Part shown: positions 1-8,428 of the stretch, piece after piece
How the letters are laid out: every line of letters starts with the position of its first letter
Numbering within the stretch: the first letter of the stretch is position 1
DNA from: a virus
IMG/VR virus record: IMGVR_UViG_3300045988_148900
Span: 32,001-96,000 of that record
DNA: 64,000 nt
Direction: 5' to 3' (one strand)
Notes under the pieces: model-generated
The model's input: the letters and a program-made list of their open reading frames with translations, nothing else
Told to the model about the DNA's origin: nothing
Database searches by the model: none
Translations under genes and position numbers: made by a program

Positions 1-2543
1 AAGAAACCACTACCAATGCTCGTATAGGAACCATGCCAGAAAACATACGACGACAACGACGAACCACCACCCGTAGGCGTGCCAACAAGAGTCAAAGACG
101 TCCCGGAAACATTCACAATCGAATCTGCGTAGGGAGCAGCAAAAGACTCCTCCTTGGAAATGCTATAACGGAACTTGCTAACCGTATCCGAACTAATGAC
201 AAAGTATACTAACCCCAAGTAACGCTTCGAATCGCGCTCGTAGATCATAACCATGTAAGTGGGATTCACAACACGCATGCTCAAAACATTAACACCCGAC
301 AAAGAACCCACAGAGTCGCTTCCTGAAATAAGCTCAAGATCCAAAGACTTAGACCACACCGAAACGCCAGCCTCATTCGTAACACCAAGACCCGGAGACG
401 ACTCATTATGAATCAAGAAACCGGAAAGACTACCCGACGAATCCGACGAAAGAGGCATATACCAAACACCGTCATAGTAAGACGACGCAGACGCAAAGGA
501 CGACGTCGTATTAGCAAGCATCATAGTCAAGTCCAAGTAATACTCAGAACCAGAACGACGATAGCGAGCTAAACCATACTGAACAGGAGAACTGCTGACA
601 CTCAACTTATAGCTTATAGAGGCTATAAGAAAATCTGAGTCCGAGCCAGAGCCACTAACCCCCAAAATACTATAAACACTAACCGTCTCGTAAGACTTCA
701 ACCTAAACAAACCTGACGGATCAGACGACGAAACAGGAGTAATATAAGACGGACGCTCAAACAAGGAATAACGACCCGCATGGAAAATAGATGAATCCCT
801 ATAAAGACGGAACGAAACATCCTTGTCACTCCTACTCCACAAGGCAAGAAGACCATCCGAATAAGGCGCAAACTGAGCAGACTCCGAAGCAAAAGAAACG
901 GACGAATCCGAAAGAAGTAAACGACCGTCAAGAAGCGAAACAAGATAACTTACATTATTCCCGCCAAGCCAAACGTAATCACCAACACCTGACGCAACAA
1001 CGCCATCGGAATTCAACAACGACGCAAGCGTACTGCTCAACTCAACATACTCCTTAAAACGACCGTCAGAATCAAAACCAAAAGTCAAACCAGACCGATC
1101 CCGCAAAACAATAGAACCAACAGCAGGCAACGACTGAAGCGTAAAAGAACCCCCCGTATCCTCCGGAACAGACTCCCGAGCATACAACGTAGCAACAATG
1201 CCATTAAGACCCTGAAGCGTAAGCTCCTGCTGAACCAAAGCACTCGAAACACGTGTCGACAACGTCACATTGTCGTAAGAGTAAAGCTGACGCAAGTAAT
1301 TCTGAGCCTGAATCAACGACGACGAACTGTCAGACGTAGACGCCCGAAGAGAAATAATAAAAGGCAACGCTGTAGCTACGGAAACACTATAATGAATGCC
1401 GCTAACGCCATACTGATACAAGTAATCGGATATGAAACCAAAAGCAGTATCACCCTCCGTAACAGGCTTGACATAAACATCTACAGACTGAGGCGAAACA
1501 GACAAATAAGTGCTCTGGACACTCGAAAAGGATAAAACAAAATTACGAATCTGAGTCTCCGTTACCAAACCACTATCCCGAAAAATAGACGAAATAACAT
1601 AGTTCCGAGCATAAGACAAACTCGGAGACTCCCCGTCAACCGAACTCACAACGCGAAAACCAACACCCGACTCGGAACTCGAAAGCTGCTTCAACGACGA
1701 AACGGACGACGAACCCGTAACCTCAATAGACAGACCACTCGTAACCGTGAAACGGGTATAAGTCCCGCGAAGCCAAACTATGCAATAGTCATACTGGCTC
1801 GGCAAAACAGGCTGGGCCCAGTTACTGTCACCAAACAAAACAACACAACTCGAATCCCACAAGCTACGAACCTTGTACAACTTAGCAGACGGATTCGATA
1901 AAGACGCATTGTAACTCGTGTAGGGAAAAACAGGACCATAGTCGGAACCAGACGTCCCTATAGAGCGTGCGAAAACCCAAACACTCGACGACAAAACATC
2001 TGAACCAAGCTTCACGTAACTACTCTGATAACGACCCTCCCGAAGCTCCAAATATAAACGCCACGGACCTCCGTACGCCAAATCGGACGCCGGAAAAGGA
2101 AAAGACGACCGGAAATCAGAACCCGAAATAACATACTGTGGATCGCCCTGATACAAGGCAACCTCACCACTCGTATCGCAATAACCAATATTATAAAACG
2201 ACGAATCGCCTACACGCAAACACAACGAGAACGGCGCAAACGTCTGAGGACTACTGCTCGAGAACCCGGAAAACGATATCTTAACACTCGCAGGACGACT
2301 CAAGTCTACCGGAACCTCATTCGTGTAAGCATACGAAAGCAACTGACGAAGATCATAGCGTGACAAGTCGAGAACCCCATTAACACTATCCGACAAAAGC
2401 TCCGTGGCACTAACAATATTGGCACCCGCCCACAAAAGCTCCTTGCCTACAAGGCTGTCCTTCAACGACGACCACGACGAACCACTCCGAGAGCCTATCA
2501 ACTCAACAAGCGAATCATAAATATCCTCTATATCGCGAGCCAT
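1..2543 (-). CDS. tail/baseplate-module structural protein, N-terminal ~847 codons (3' end lies beyond the window start)
   Basis: Manual reverse-complement translation from ATG 2543 (MARDIEDIYDSLVELIGSRSGSSWSSLKDS...) stays open to position 1. It is absent from the ORF track only because no stop lies in the window. It sits directly downstream of the gp25/W-like gene, the position of gpJ/gp6-type wedge or fibre genes. Confidence 0.55.
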   Translation of the reverse strand, partial: MARDIEDIYDSLVELIGSRSGSSWSSLKDSLVGKELLWAGANIVSATELLSDSVNGVLDLSRYDLRQLLSYAYTNEVPVDLSRPASVKISFSGFSSSSPQTFAPFSLCLRVGDSSFYNIGYCDTSGEVALYQGDPQYVISGSDFRSSFPFPASDLAYGGPWRLYLELREGRYQSSYVKLGSDVLSSSVWVFARSIGTSGSDYGPVFPYTSYNASLSNPSAKLYKVRSLWDSSCVVLFGDSNWAQPVLPSQYDYCIVWLRGTYTRFTVTSGLSIEVTGSSSVSSLKQLSSSESGVGFRVVSSVDGESPSLSYARNYVISSIFRDSGLVTETQIRNFVLSFSSVQSTYLSVSPQSVDVYVKPVTEGDTAFGFISDYLYQYGVSGIHYSVSVATALPFIISLRASTSDSSSSLIQAQNYLRQLYSYDNVTLSTRVSSALVQQELTLQGLNGIVATLYARESVPEDTGGSFTLQSLPAVGSIVLRDRSGLTFGFDSDGRFKEYVELSSTLASLLNSDGVVASGVGDYVWLGGNNVSYLVSLLDGRLLLSDSSVSFASESAQFAPYSDGLLALWSRSDKDVSFRLYRDSSIFHAGRYSLFERPSYITPVSSSDPSGLFRLKSYETVSVYSILGVSGSGSDSDFLIASISYKLSVSSSPVQYGLARYRRSGSEYYLDLTMMLANTTSSFASASSYYDGVWYMPLSSDSSGSLSGFLIHNESSPGLGVTNEAGVSVWSKSLDLELISGSDSVGSLSGVNVLSMRVVNPTYMVMIYERDSKRYLGLVYFVISSDTVSKFRYSISKEESFAAPYADSIVNVSGTSLTLVGTPTGGGSSLSSYVFWHGSYTSIGSGF

Positions 2544-2555
2544 GAAACACCAAGA

Positions 2556-2867
2556 TTAAAAACTACCCAAACTATACTCAAAATCAGACAACGAACCCCG
2601 ATAGGAAACACGAACTATAACCCGATCCCCAGAAACAACGACACTCTCACAAGAACAACCTGAAAGCTGCTCGATAGTCGCACTAATACCCGCCTGAAGC
2701 AAACCACCATCAATAGTATGTGGAGCAACTCGAGAACCCATAGCCGGACTCTGCAAAAAACGACCGTACTCCGTCTTCAATAACAAATAAAGGGTCTGAC
2801 GAAACTCATCATACCCGTAAACAAAACTCAAGTCCCTAACATTCGGAAGATAAGCAGGTATATCCAC
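2556..2867 (-). CDS. baseplate wedge protein, GPW/gp25-like
   Basis: 103 aa. FRQTLYLLLKTEYGRFLQSPAMGSRV fits the GPW/gp25 signature (L.T..GER...P.fGs). GTG start, with the conserved box 16 nt upstream. Confidence 0.6.
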   Translation of the reverse strand: MDIPAYLPNVRDLSFVYGYDEFRQTLYLLLKTEYGRFLQSPAMGSRVAPHTIDGGLLQAGISATIEQLSGCSCESVVVSGDRVIVRVSYRGSLSDFEYSLGSF

Positions 2868-2883
2868 ACTCTACAAATTTTAT

Positions 2884-2897
2884 GGATATATAATTGC
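2884..2897 (-). promoter_or_regulatory. conserved phage box GGATATATAATTGC (coding strand GCAATTATATATCC), putative late promoter
   Basis: 16 nt upstream of start 2867. It lies inside a 32-nt block (2877-2908) identical to 6190-6221. Confidence 0.55.
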
Positions 2898-3058
2898 ATA
2901 ACCCCAAAACAAAACACCCGGAACATAGAAATGTCCGGAACGTAAAAAAATATAGACTACAACGCTAACTCAAACGAACAACAAAGCACTCGCTGAAAGG
3001 CAAACATAGACCAAGACGCAAAGTATTAATGCAGTCTATGTGATAAACAAGCAAAAAA

Positions 3059-3547
3059 CTAAAGAAGACTAATGGCAACACGAGCACCCTCAAGAGACTC
3101 ACTCAGGGTATCAAGACCTGACTTCACGGCAGGCAACTCCTGAATCCCCAAGTCCGACAAAACACCAGTCAAAGACGACAGCAATGAAACACACGTCGAA
3201 ACACCGCCCGACAAACTCGACTTCTGGCTCGACTTAACACCCGAAACCAAACCAGACGCATCAGCAGTACCAGCACCAGTAGAAACTGCAACAACCAAAG
3301 CCGTATTCGTCGGCGTAGTCGACATAGTAAGCATACTCGAAGCACTCTGTGATAAACTCTTCAAACCTTCCTGAATCTGATCGTAATAAACCTGAGCCTC
3401 CGAAAGCTTCCGATTAATAAAAGCACGAGACGCCTCCGTCAAGATAGACTTGATACTATCACGAGAAACTGAATCCTCAATAGCTGAAAGACTCTCCCCG
3501 TACTTAACATCTATACACTCGGCAACGTCAATACCCAAAAAAGCCAT
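3059..3547 (-). CDS. hypothetical baseplate-module protein (helical, Ala/Ser/Leu-rich)
   Basis: 162 aa from ATG 3547 (MAFLGIDVAE...). The longer track ORF would start inside the upstream gene. It lies between the gpV-like and gp25-like genes. Confidence 0.55.
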   Translation of the reverse strand: MAFLGIDVAECIDVKYGESLSAIEDSVSRDSIKSILTEASRAFINRKLSEAQVYYDQIQEGLKSLSQSASSMLTMSTTPTNTALVVAVSTGAGTADASGLVSGVKSSQKSSLSGGVSTCVSLLSSLTGVLSDLGIQELPAVKSGLDTLSESLEGARVAISLL

Positions 3548-3552
3548 AACCC

Positions 3553-4086
3553 CTAATGTAAAAAGTTCTTGTCCTCCAAAAAAGGATCGTCCGTGCCAAG
3601 CCACTTAACTACATTGCTGCCGCTACCTACGACTGCAAGATCCTTGACCAAAGCCTCCACAAGACTACGAATGCGCGCGACGTTAACAACACCTCCATTG
3701 GAACCATCGTGAACCGTAACAACACCACCGTCGCTACGAAAAACAAAACCCGAACTATTCTCAAAGACGAAAACATCGCCCTCCGTGTAAGCAACACTCC
3801 AAGACGAACCGTCCGAACTAACACTCTCCCACAGTAAGCTGAAGCCCGAACCAAAAGAACTACCATGCGTACGCCAACTCCTATCGTGACTACGACCAAG
3901 AACCAAAGGACTATCAACACCGCAACTGATGTCGACAAAGACAATGTCACCCTCATTCAACGCAACATTCCCTACAACGGGTATCCGCAAGCTACGATCC
4001 CATAAACCACTCGAACGCAACGCAACCCTCCCGAAACCAAGAGGATCACTCGACGAACCGCCTACAACCTCTGCCTTAACTAACAT
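3553..4086 (-). CDS. baseplate hub/spike protein, P2 gpV / Mu gp45-like OB-fold
   Basis: 177 aa from ATG 4086. FGRVALRS..LRIPVVGNVALNEGDIVFVDISCGVDSPLVLG resembles the gpV/gp45 N-terminal OB-fold pattern. Gene order is V - x - W - J-like. Confidence 0.5.
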   Translation of the reverse strand: MLVKAEVVGGSSSDPLGFGRVALRSSGLWDRSLRIPVVGNVALNEGDIVFVDISCGVDSPLVLGRSHDRSWRTHGSSFGSGFSLLWESVSSDGSSWSVAYTEGDVFVFENSSGFVFRSDGGVVTVHDGSNGGVVNVARIRSLVEALVKDLAVVGSGSNVVKWLGTDDPFLEDKNFLH

Positions 4087-4095
4087 CACTAAAAG

Positions 4096-5007
4096 CTAAT
4101 CTACGCGCACAACGTCTAACTCGATATCCTGAACATCTCCACAAAAAGACGAACGATATCCTACACACACAAAATGCTGACCATCCGAACTACCGTCAAG
4201 GTAAGTACAAGAACCACCACAACACAACGTACCGCCAACAAGCTCAACACCCCGAAAAGTAAAACTACGACTCCGCAAGTAACTACGCCAGTAACCATTA
4301 CGACTCCGCCACTGACGATCCAAGCGCAACTCGTCATTCGACAAGTAACTCTTATAAACACCAACCAAACTCCCCGACGACCCAAAGGTCAGATCGACAC
4401 CATCCGAAACACCACCGTCGCCGTCCAAGTACATCCGAAGACGACCCGGAACGTCCGGCTCCGACAAACGACTCGTACTATAACTGTCATTACGACCCCG
4501 GAACCCGAAGCAACTCGGCATACCCCAAGACGCAAGCAAGTCACAATACATAAAGTCCCCACCAACGGTATAATGAAGAGTACTACACCCGCCACCACTG
4601 CAAGCTCCTCCAAGCGTCAACGTCTCGAACAAGTAAGAACCCCTAAGACGCCCGAAGCACCACCAATGACGAACAAGGCTACTCAAACTAGGAAGACTCC
4701 GAAAAGGCAAACCCAAAACGCTACAAACATCCGACAATGTATAGTCTCCGCAAACAGGCTGACGCAACATACCACACATCTTCCAGTAACCCTCCGGATA
4801 ACTCAGATAACGATACGAATTGACGCCCAAGACCTCTACGGAAACAACAACGTACCTACAACCAGTACCACGCCACTCCCAAACGTCGCCTCGAAGAAGA
4901 GTAGACAACTCCATCCAAACCTCGCTGCTGTAACGCCAAACACTCTCCCGGACGCCCCACCGAACAACAGGATACAAAACACCATCGCAATCTACTCGAA
5001 GATCCAT
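4096..5007 (-). CDS. hypothetical tail/baseplate-module protein
   Basis: 303 aa from ATG 5007. Trp/Cys/Tyr/Gly-rich, with no motif recognised. The call rests on context only. Confidence 0.55.
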   Translation of the reverse strand: MDLRVDCDGVLYPVVRWGVRESVWRYSSEVWMELSTLLRGDVWEWRGTGCRYVVVSVEVLGVNSYRYLSYPEGYWKMCGMLRQPVCGDYTLSDVCSVLGLPFRSLPSLSSLVRHWWCFGRLRGSYLFETLTLGGACSGGGCSTLHYTVGGDFMYCDLLASWGMPSCFGFRGRNDSYSTSRLSEPDVPGRLRMYLDGDGGVSDGVDLTFGSSGSLVGVYKSYLSNDELRLDRQWRSRNGYWRSYLRSRSFTFRGVELVGGTLCCGGSCTYLDGSSDGQHFVCVGYRSSFCGDVQDIELDVVRVD

Positions 5008-5016
5008 GACCAAACA

Positions 5017-5241
5017 CTACGACAACGAATTCATACTAACAACGTCCGGACTCAAATAAACAATACTAACGCCGCCCGGAAGACTAAGCCAGTCAACACG
5101 CGGATTCAAAACCTGAAGGATCCGACGATAGTAACTCGAATCACTACCGTAAAGACGACGGCTCACAAAAAGAAGACTGTCACCCTCACTCGAAACATAC
5201 GTCAAATACCCATAGCTCTGATAAGCCTCCTCGATAGTCAT
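5017..5241 (-). CDS. LysM-like small tail protein (tail protein X-like)
   Basis: 74 aa. YVSSEGDSLLFVSRRLYG....ILQVLNPRVDWLSLPGGVSIVYL follows the LysM/gpX pattern (GDTL..IA.r.YG....l...N......L.aG..l.lP). Confidence 0.45.
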   Translation of the reverse strand: MTIEEAYQSYGYLTYVSSEGDSLLFVSRRLYGSDSSYYRRILQVLNPRVDWLSLPGGVSIVYLSPDVVSMNSLS

Positions 5242-5253
5242 AACACCTCAAAC

Positions 5254-6180
5254 TTAAAAACCCGTCATACGACCCGAAAGGCTGTCGAACAACATATCAC
5301 TCGTAGCAACACGAAGAGTCTCAAACGTCAGACTAACCTCCATAACCTGCGGAAAACCACCACTATAATAAAGCTTCGGAATACTAACTCCCAAACTCTT
5401 TATATAAACATTCGACACGAAGCTCCGACCGTAACCAACAGACAATCCACTATTCGTACTCGGATAATAATGAACCTCAACGCCATTAGACAGGGTGCGA
5501 CTATCGGCCCCGACGCCGCGCTTACGACCTCCTGTAACCCAACTAACAATAGGACTCCGAAAAGTGGGAGGAGCATACAAGCTATAAACATCCCCGAAAA
5601 GACCGTTGAAATTCTTGCTAACCCAATCAACAGCGCCCGAAATGCCCCCAGAACCACTATTACCCCTAAGTAAAAAGTCTGCCAAACTATACCAAAAGCT
5701 ATCCTTATGCTTCGCGGCGTCCTTAGCAAAGTCCGACGCAAACTTCGAAACACTCTCCGTAATACTCTTACTCATCTCGTCGCCACGCTGAGGATAAGTG
5801 AGGAAAAACAACCGAAGCAAAGGATCGTAAAAGTCGCTAACAACGTCATCCTCCAAAACCAAGTAACACTTACTACGGAAGCTCAAAGGACTCGTACCCT
5901 GAAACAAAAACTTACGACTATAGTCCACCTGCGGTACAAGACCCCAGCCTATCTGAGCAGCACCTGACAGAAACTTACCAATATTAGTAGAACCAACACC
6001 GCCCGGAATAAGATCCTCGGTCGTAATACCAGCGTCCAAACCAAGACCACCCTCGCTATACATCGAAAACTTCCAAACACCAGCACTACCCATGCTCAAA
6101 CGACCCGCAGGATCGCTACAGCACGTAACATACAACGACAACTTATTTAACTCGCGCAAACGCTGGATGTCCAATGGCAT
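5254..6180 (-). CDS. hypothetical tail-module protein
   Basis: 308 aa, ATG 6180, conserved box 16 nt upstream. It is the first gene after the 625-bp non-coding region. Confidence 0.6.
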   Translation of the reverse strand: MPLDIQRLRELNKLSLYVTCCSDPAGRLSMGSAGVWKFSMYSEGGLGLDAGITTEDLIPGGVGSTNIGKFLSGAAQIGWGLVPQVDYSRKFLFQGTSPLSFRSKCYLVLEDDVVSDFYDPLLRLFFLTYPQRGDEMSKSITESVSKFASDFAKDAAKHKDSFWYSLADFLLRGNSGSGGISGAVDWVSKNFNGLFGDVYSLYAPPTFRSPIVSWVTGGRKRGVGADSRTLSNGVEVHYYPSTNSGLSVGYGRSFVSNVYIKSLGVSIPKLYYSGGFPQVMEVSLTFETLRVATSDMLFDSLSGRMTGF

Positions 6181-6196
6181 GACTAAAACATTTTAT

Positions 6197-6413
6197 GGAT
6201 ATATAATTGCATAACCCCAAACAACACGCAAAAAACATAACCATAACAACAAAAAAACGGATATAGAATTGAGCAAAGCATGCTCTAAAGTAAAAATACC
6301 GGATATAGAATTGCTCCAAGCAACAACCTTGAACTCTATACAAACGCAAATTATAGGATATAGAATTGCTGAAAGTGACGACCAATCTACTAAAATAACG
6401 GATATAGAATTGC
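6197..6413 (-). repeat. array of five promoter-like boxes (1 canonical GGATATATAATTGC + 4 variant GGATATAGAATTG[CA])
   Basis: Boxes at 6197-6210 (canonical), 6259-6272, 6301-6314, 6356-6369 and 6400-6413. All share one orientation, with start-to-start spacings of 62, 42, 55 and 44 nt. The variants share an extended core, GGATATAGAATTGCTCAAAGC. Confidence 0.8.
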
Positions 6414-6610
6414 TCAAAGCAGAAGCTAAACCTAACAACTACACCTGAAGATAAACTCTAAGTAAACGCCGAAAGGCGCAGATAACCAAATGAATATAAA
6501 CGCCAAAGGCGAAGCAGAAGAACGAGCGACGAAATGCCAGAAGCTCCTACGCAAAAAGAAGAAGGCCCGGCCCAACAAGACACACCACCCCGGACCCCGG
6601 ATAACCCCCT

Positions 6611-6646
6611 AAAAGAAAAAGAACTCATCTAATAATAGATAAGCTC
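6611..6646 (-). terminator. intrinsic terminator (minus strand)
   Basis: Minus-strand RNA reads GAGCUUAUCU-AUUAUU-AGAUGAGUUC, a 10-bp stem with 2 G.U pairs, followed by UUUUUCUUUU. It lies about 160 nt downstream of the M23 gene stop. Confidence 0.7.
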
Positions 6647-6805
6647 CTAAAATCTACCTTTTACGTATGATTTTAGACTACCAAAATGTAAATAAAATAA
6701 ACTATGACACCTAAAACGAACCTTTTGAACAAATAATCAAGAAAATCCCATTAGGAAAATCGCAGAATATAGGGAAATTTAGACCAATGAAATTATTTTA
6801 ATTGC

Positions 6806-8428
6806 CTAAAACTTTTGGACATTGGGTAAAACTATCGCACCCCGCTGATTATTGTAACATAGTCGCGGCTCCCGCAAAACAGACGTTACGACACGCTTGG
6901 CAACCTCCGGCTCCACAACCGTACCTGACTCCTGCTTAACAAGACCAAGTAACACATTAGTGGCTGTATCTGCATCTCGTAAGTCTATAGGCTGATCCGA
7001 ACGAACACCAACATAAGAAGCTACGTTAGAAGCCCATGCCAGAATGTCGTCACCAGCGTAAGCAGGACGACCTGACATGTTGCCTCCAACATACATACGG
7101 CTAACATCGCCTAAAGTAACCCACTGACCATTAGAACGTGAAATATCCCGGCGATCCTGATAACCAAGCAATGTCATATAGGCAGCCCGCAAAGATAACT
7201 CTGGCGACGAGAACTTAACAAAACGCCTGCCATCAGGTAAGACCTTAGTGCCAGTACGACCCTTCCACTTGACACCAAAGTCCTGAACGTTGGCAATATT
7301 ATTAGTCTGTTTGGCGAGGCTGGAACCTATAGTGATACCTGTGGTCGACTGCTGAGAGATCGGCGAAATTTGAGGCGTTTCCATGGCTGGAATAGCAACT
7401 CCTAAGTCTCTGGAAAACTCAGTAGGACTGACGCGCGAGCCAGACGCGTCTCTAAAGGTGATATGTAAGTGAGCCCCCGAAGTATGCGAGCCTGTGTTGC
7501 CTGAAATAGCTACCACATCCCCTCGTTTTACTTCTGCCCCAACAGGTAAAACCGTATTACTGCTTAGGTGGGCCATACCTATACGACGCCCAGACTTCAT
7601 CCTAACAATAAGAGAAAGACCGCCCGCATCATTATTGGTACCATAAGCCTTCTCAATAACACCTGGCTCGTCGAATGGCCACCGAAGCGGTGTTCCTCCT
7701 GCAATGCGTAAGTCAAGACCACTATGAGCCTTAGAATGCCAACTATCGGTCACTCCGTAATAGGTAGACACCGCACCCTTCTTCTTATCACCGTACTCCT
7801 CACCCACAAGACGCTTGTAAAGCTCCTCGCCAACAACCCCCTGAGCCATGCGCTCAGTATAACCAACTCCAAGTACTGCCGAAGATACAGAGCCTGAAGC
7901 AGAACCTGACCGCATGTCGGAAATCCAAGTCGGCTCCAAAACCCACTCGGCGGTCATGGAATTCCCATCTCCGTCTTTAGGCTCCGCTAAAGAAGAGGCT
8001 GCACGCCTAACCAACTTGAACCCTCCCCACAAAAGAAGACCCCATACTGCTGTAGAACCCACAGACTTGACAAGCTCAAGTAACGCTAAACCCGCCTTAA
8101 TAGGTGCAGGAAGCAACATGGAAGCTCCCTTAGACATCAACCAGCCAAGAACACCCCCATCCTCCTCATCATCATCCTCATCAGCGGCCTTCGCGAGCTT
8201 AGGAGTCTCTACTCCATCCAACGCCGACTGATCGGCCACAGACGTGGACTCCAAGAACTCCCGTAAGGCACTAAGAGACATCTCGCGCCCATTAACAGAC
8301 AAGTCATCAGAATCCGAGAGAGCTGATACTGCCGCAAGCCATACGTCAAGAACAGACGTAGAAAGCTCCGTAAAAGCCTCAACACCCGAACCTATAAGAG
8401 TATCTCGTCCCTCTGATTGCATAAACAT
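6806..8428 (-). CDS. tail-associated peptidoglycan hydrolase with M23/LytM peptidase domain
   Basis: HSGLDLRIAGGTP (HxxxD) and GNTGSHTSGAHLHITF (HxH) are the M23 metallopeptidase motifs. There is an N-terminal hydrophobic segment. ATG 8428 overlaps the TGA of the upstream gene (TGATG). Confidence 0.75.
   Translation of the reverse strand: MFMQSEGRDTLIGSGVEAFTELSTSVLDVWLAAVSALSDSDDLSVNGREMSLSALREFLESTSVADQSALDGVETPKLAKAADEDDDEEDGGVLGWLMSKGASMLLPAPIKAGLALLELVKSVGSTAVWGLLLWGGFKLVRRAASSLAEPKDGDGNSMTAEWVLEPTWISDMRSGSASGSVSSAVLGVGYTERMAQGVVGEELYKRLVGEEYGDKKKGAVSTYYGVTDSWHSKAHSGLDLRIAGGTPLRWPFDEPGVIEKAYGTNNDAGGLSLIVRMKSGRRIGMAHLSSNTVLPVGAEVKRGDVVAISGNTGSHTSGAHLHITFRDASGSRVSPTEFSRDLGVAIPAMETPQISPISQQSTTGITIGSSLAKQTNNIANVQDFGVKWKGRTGTKVLPDGRRFVKFSSPELSLRAAYMTLLGYQDRRDISRSNGQWVTLGDVSRMYVGGNMSGRPAYAGDDILAWASNVASYVGVRSDQPIDLRDADTATNVLLGLVKQESGTVVEPEVAKRVVTSVLREPRLCYNNQRGAIVLPNVQKF

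Noticed and set aside
1-2543. Diversity-generating retroelement targeting the fibre-like gene
   Set aside because: No reverse transcriptase ORF and no template/variable repeat pair is visible anywhere in the window.
3627-3956. Numerous minus-strand ORFs in alternative frames nested inside longer genes (for example 3627-3956, 4161-4385, 5400-5753, 13628-13948, 14036-14407, 36773-37174, 47002-47337, 50576-51127, 63007-63246)
   Set aside because: G+T-rich coding strands have few stops in any frame. The products are Leu/Arg/Val/Phe-rich nonsense and fully overlap motif-bearing ORFs.
4174-5673. A 499-aa plus-strand ORF, and many other plus-strand ORFs (for example 11013-11648, 13671-14237, 22633-23175, 35423-35887, 35904-36461, 38936-39553, 52593-53321)
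   Set aside because: They are low-complexity Thr/Asn/Arg/Lys/Pro/Gln-rich translations of the A+C-rich antisense strand of well-supported minus-strand genes. They have no motifs, and stop codons are rare on this strand for compositional reasons. Only tnpA (59994-60392) is a credible plus-strand gene.
6259-6413. Possible mini-CRISPR array (about 21-nt repeats with 20-35-nt spacers)
   Set aside because: The repeat core is a variant of the box found singly in front of 12 genes across the window. The repeats are shorter than CRISPR repeats, the spacing is irregular, and no cas genes or leader are present.
6467-6511. Two short CGCC-loop-GGCG hairpins considered as terminators
   Set aside because: The stems are only 4 bp and the downstream U-tracts are weak or absent. 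They are noted within the 6181-6805 finding but not annotated as features.
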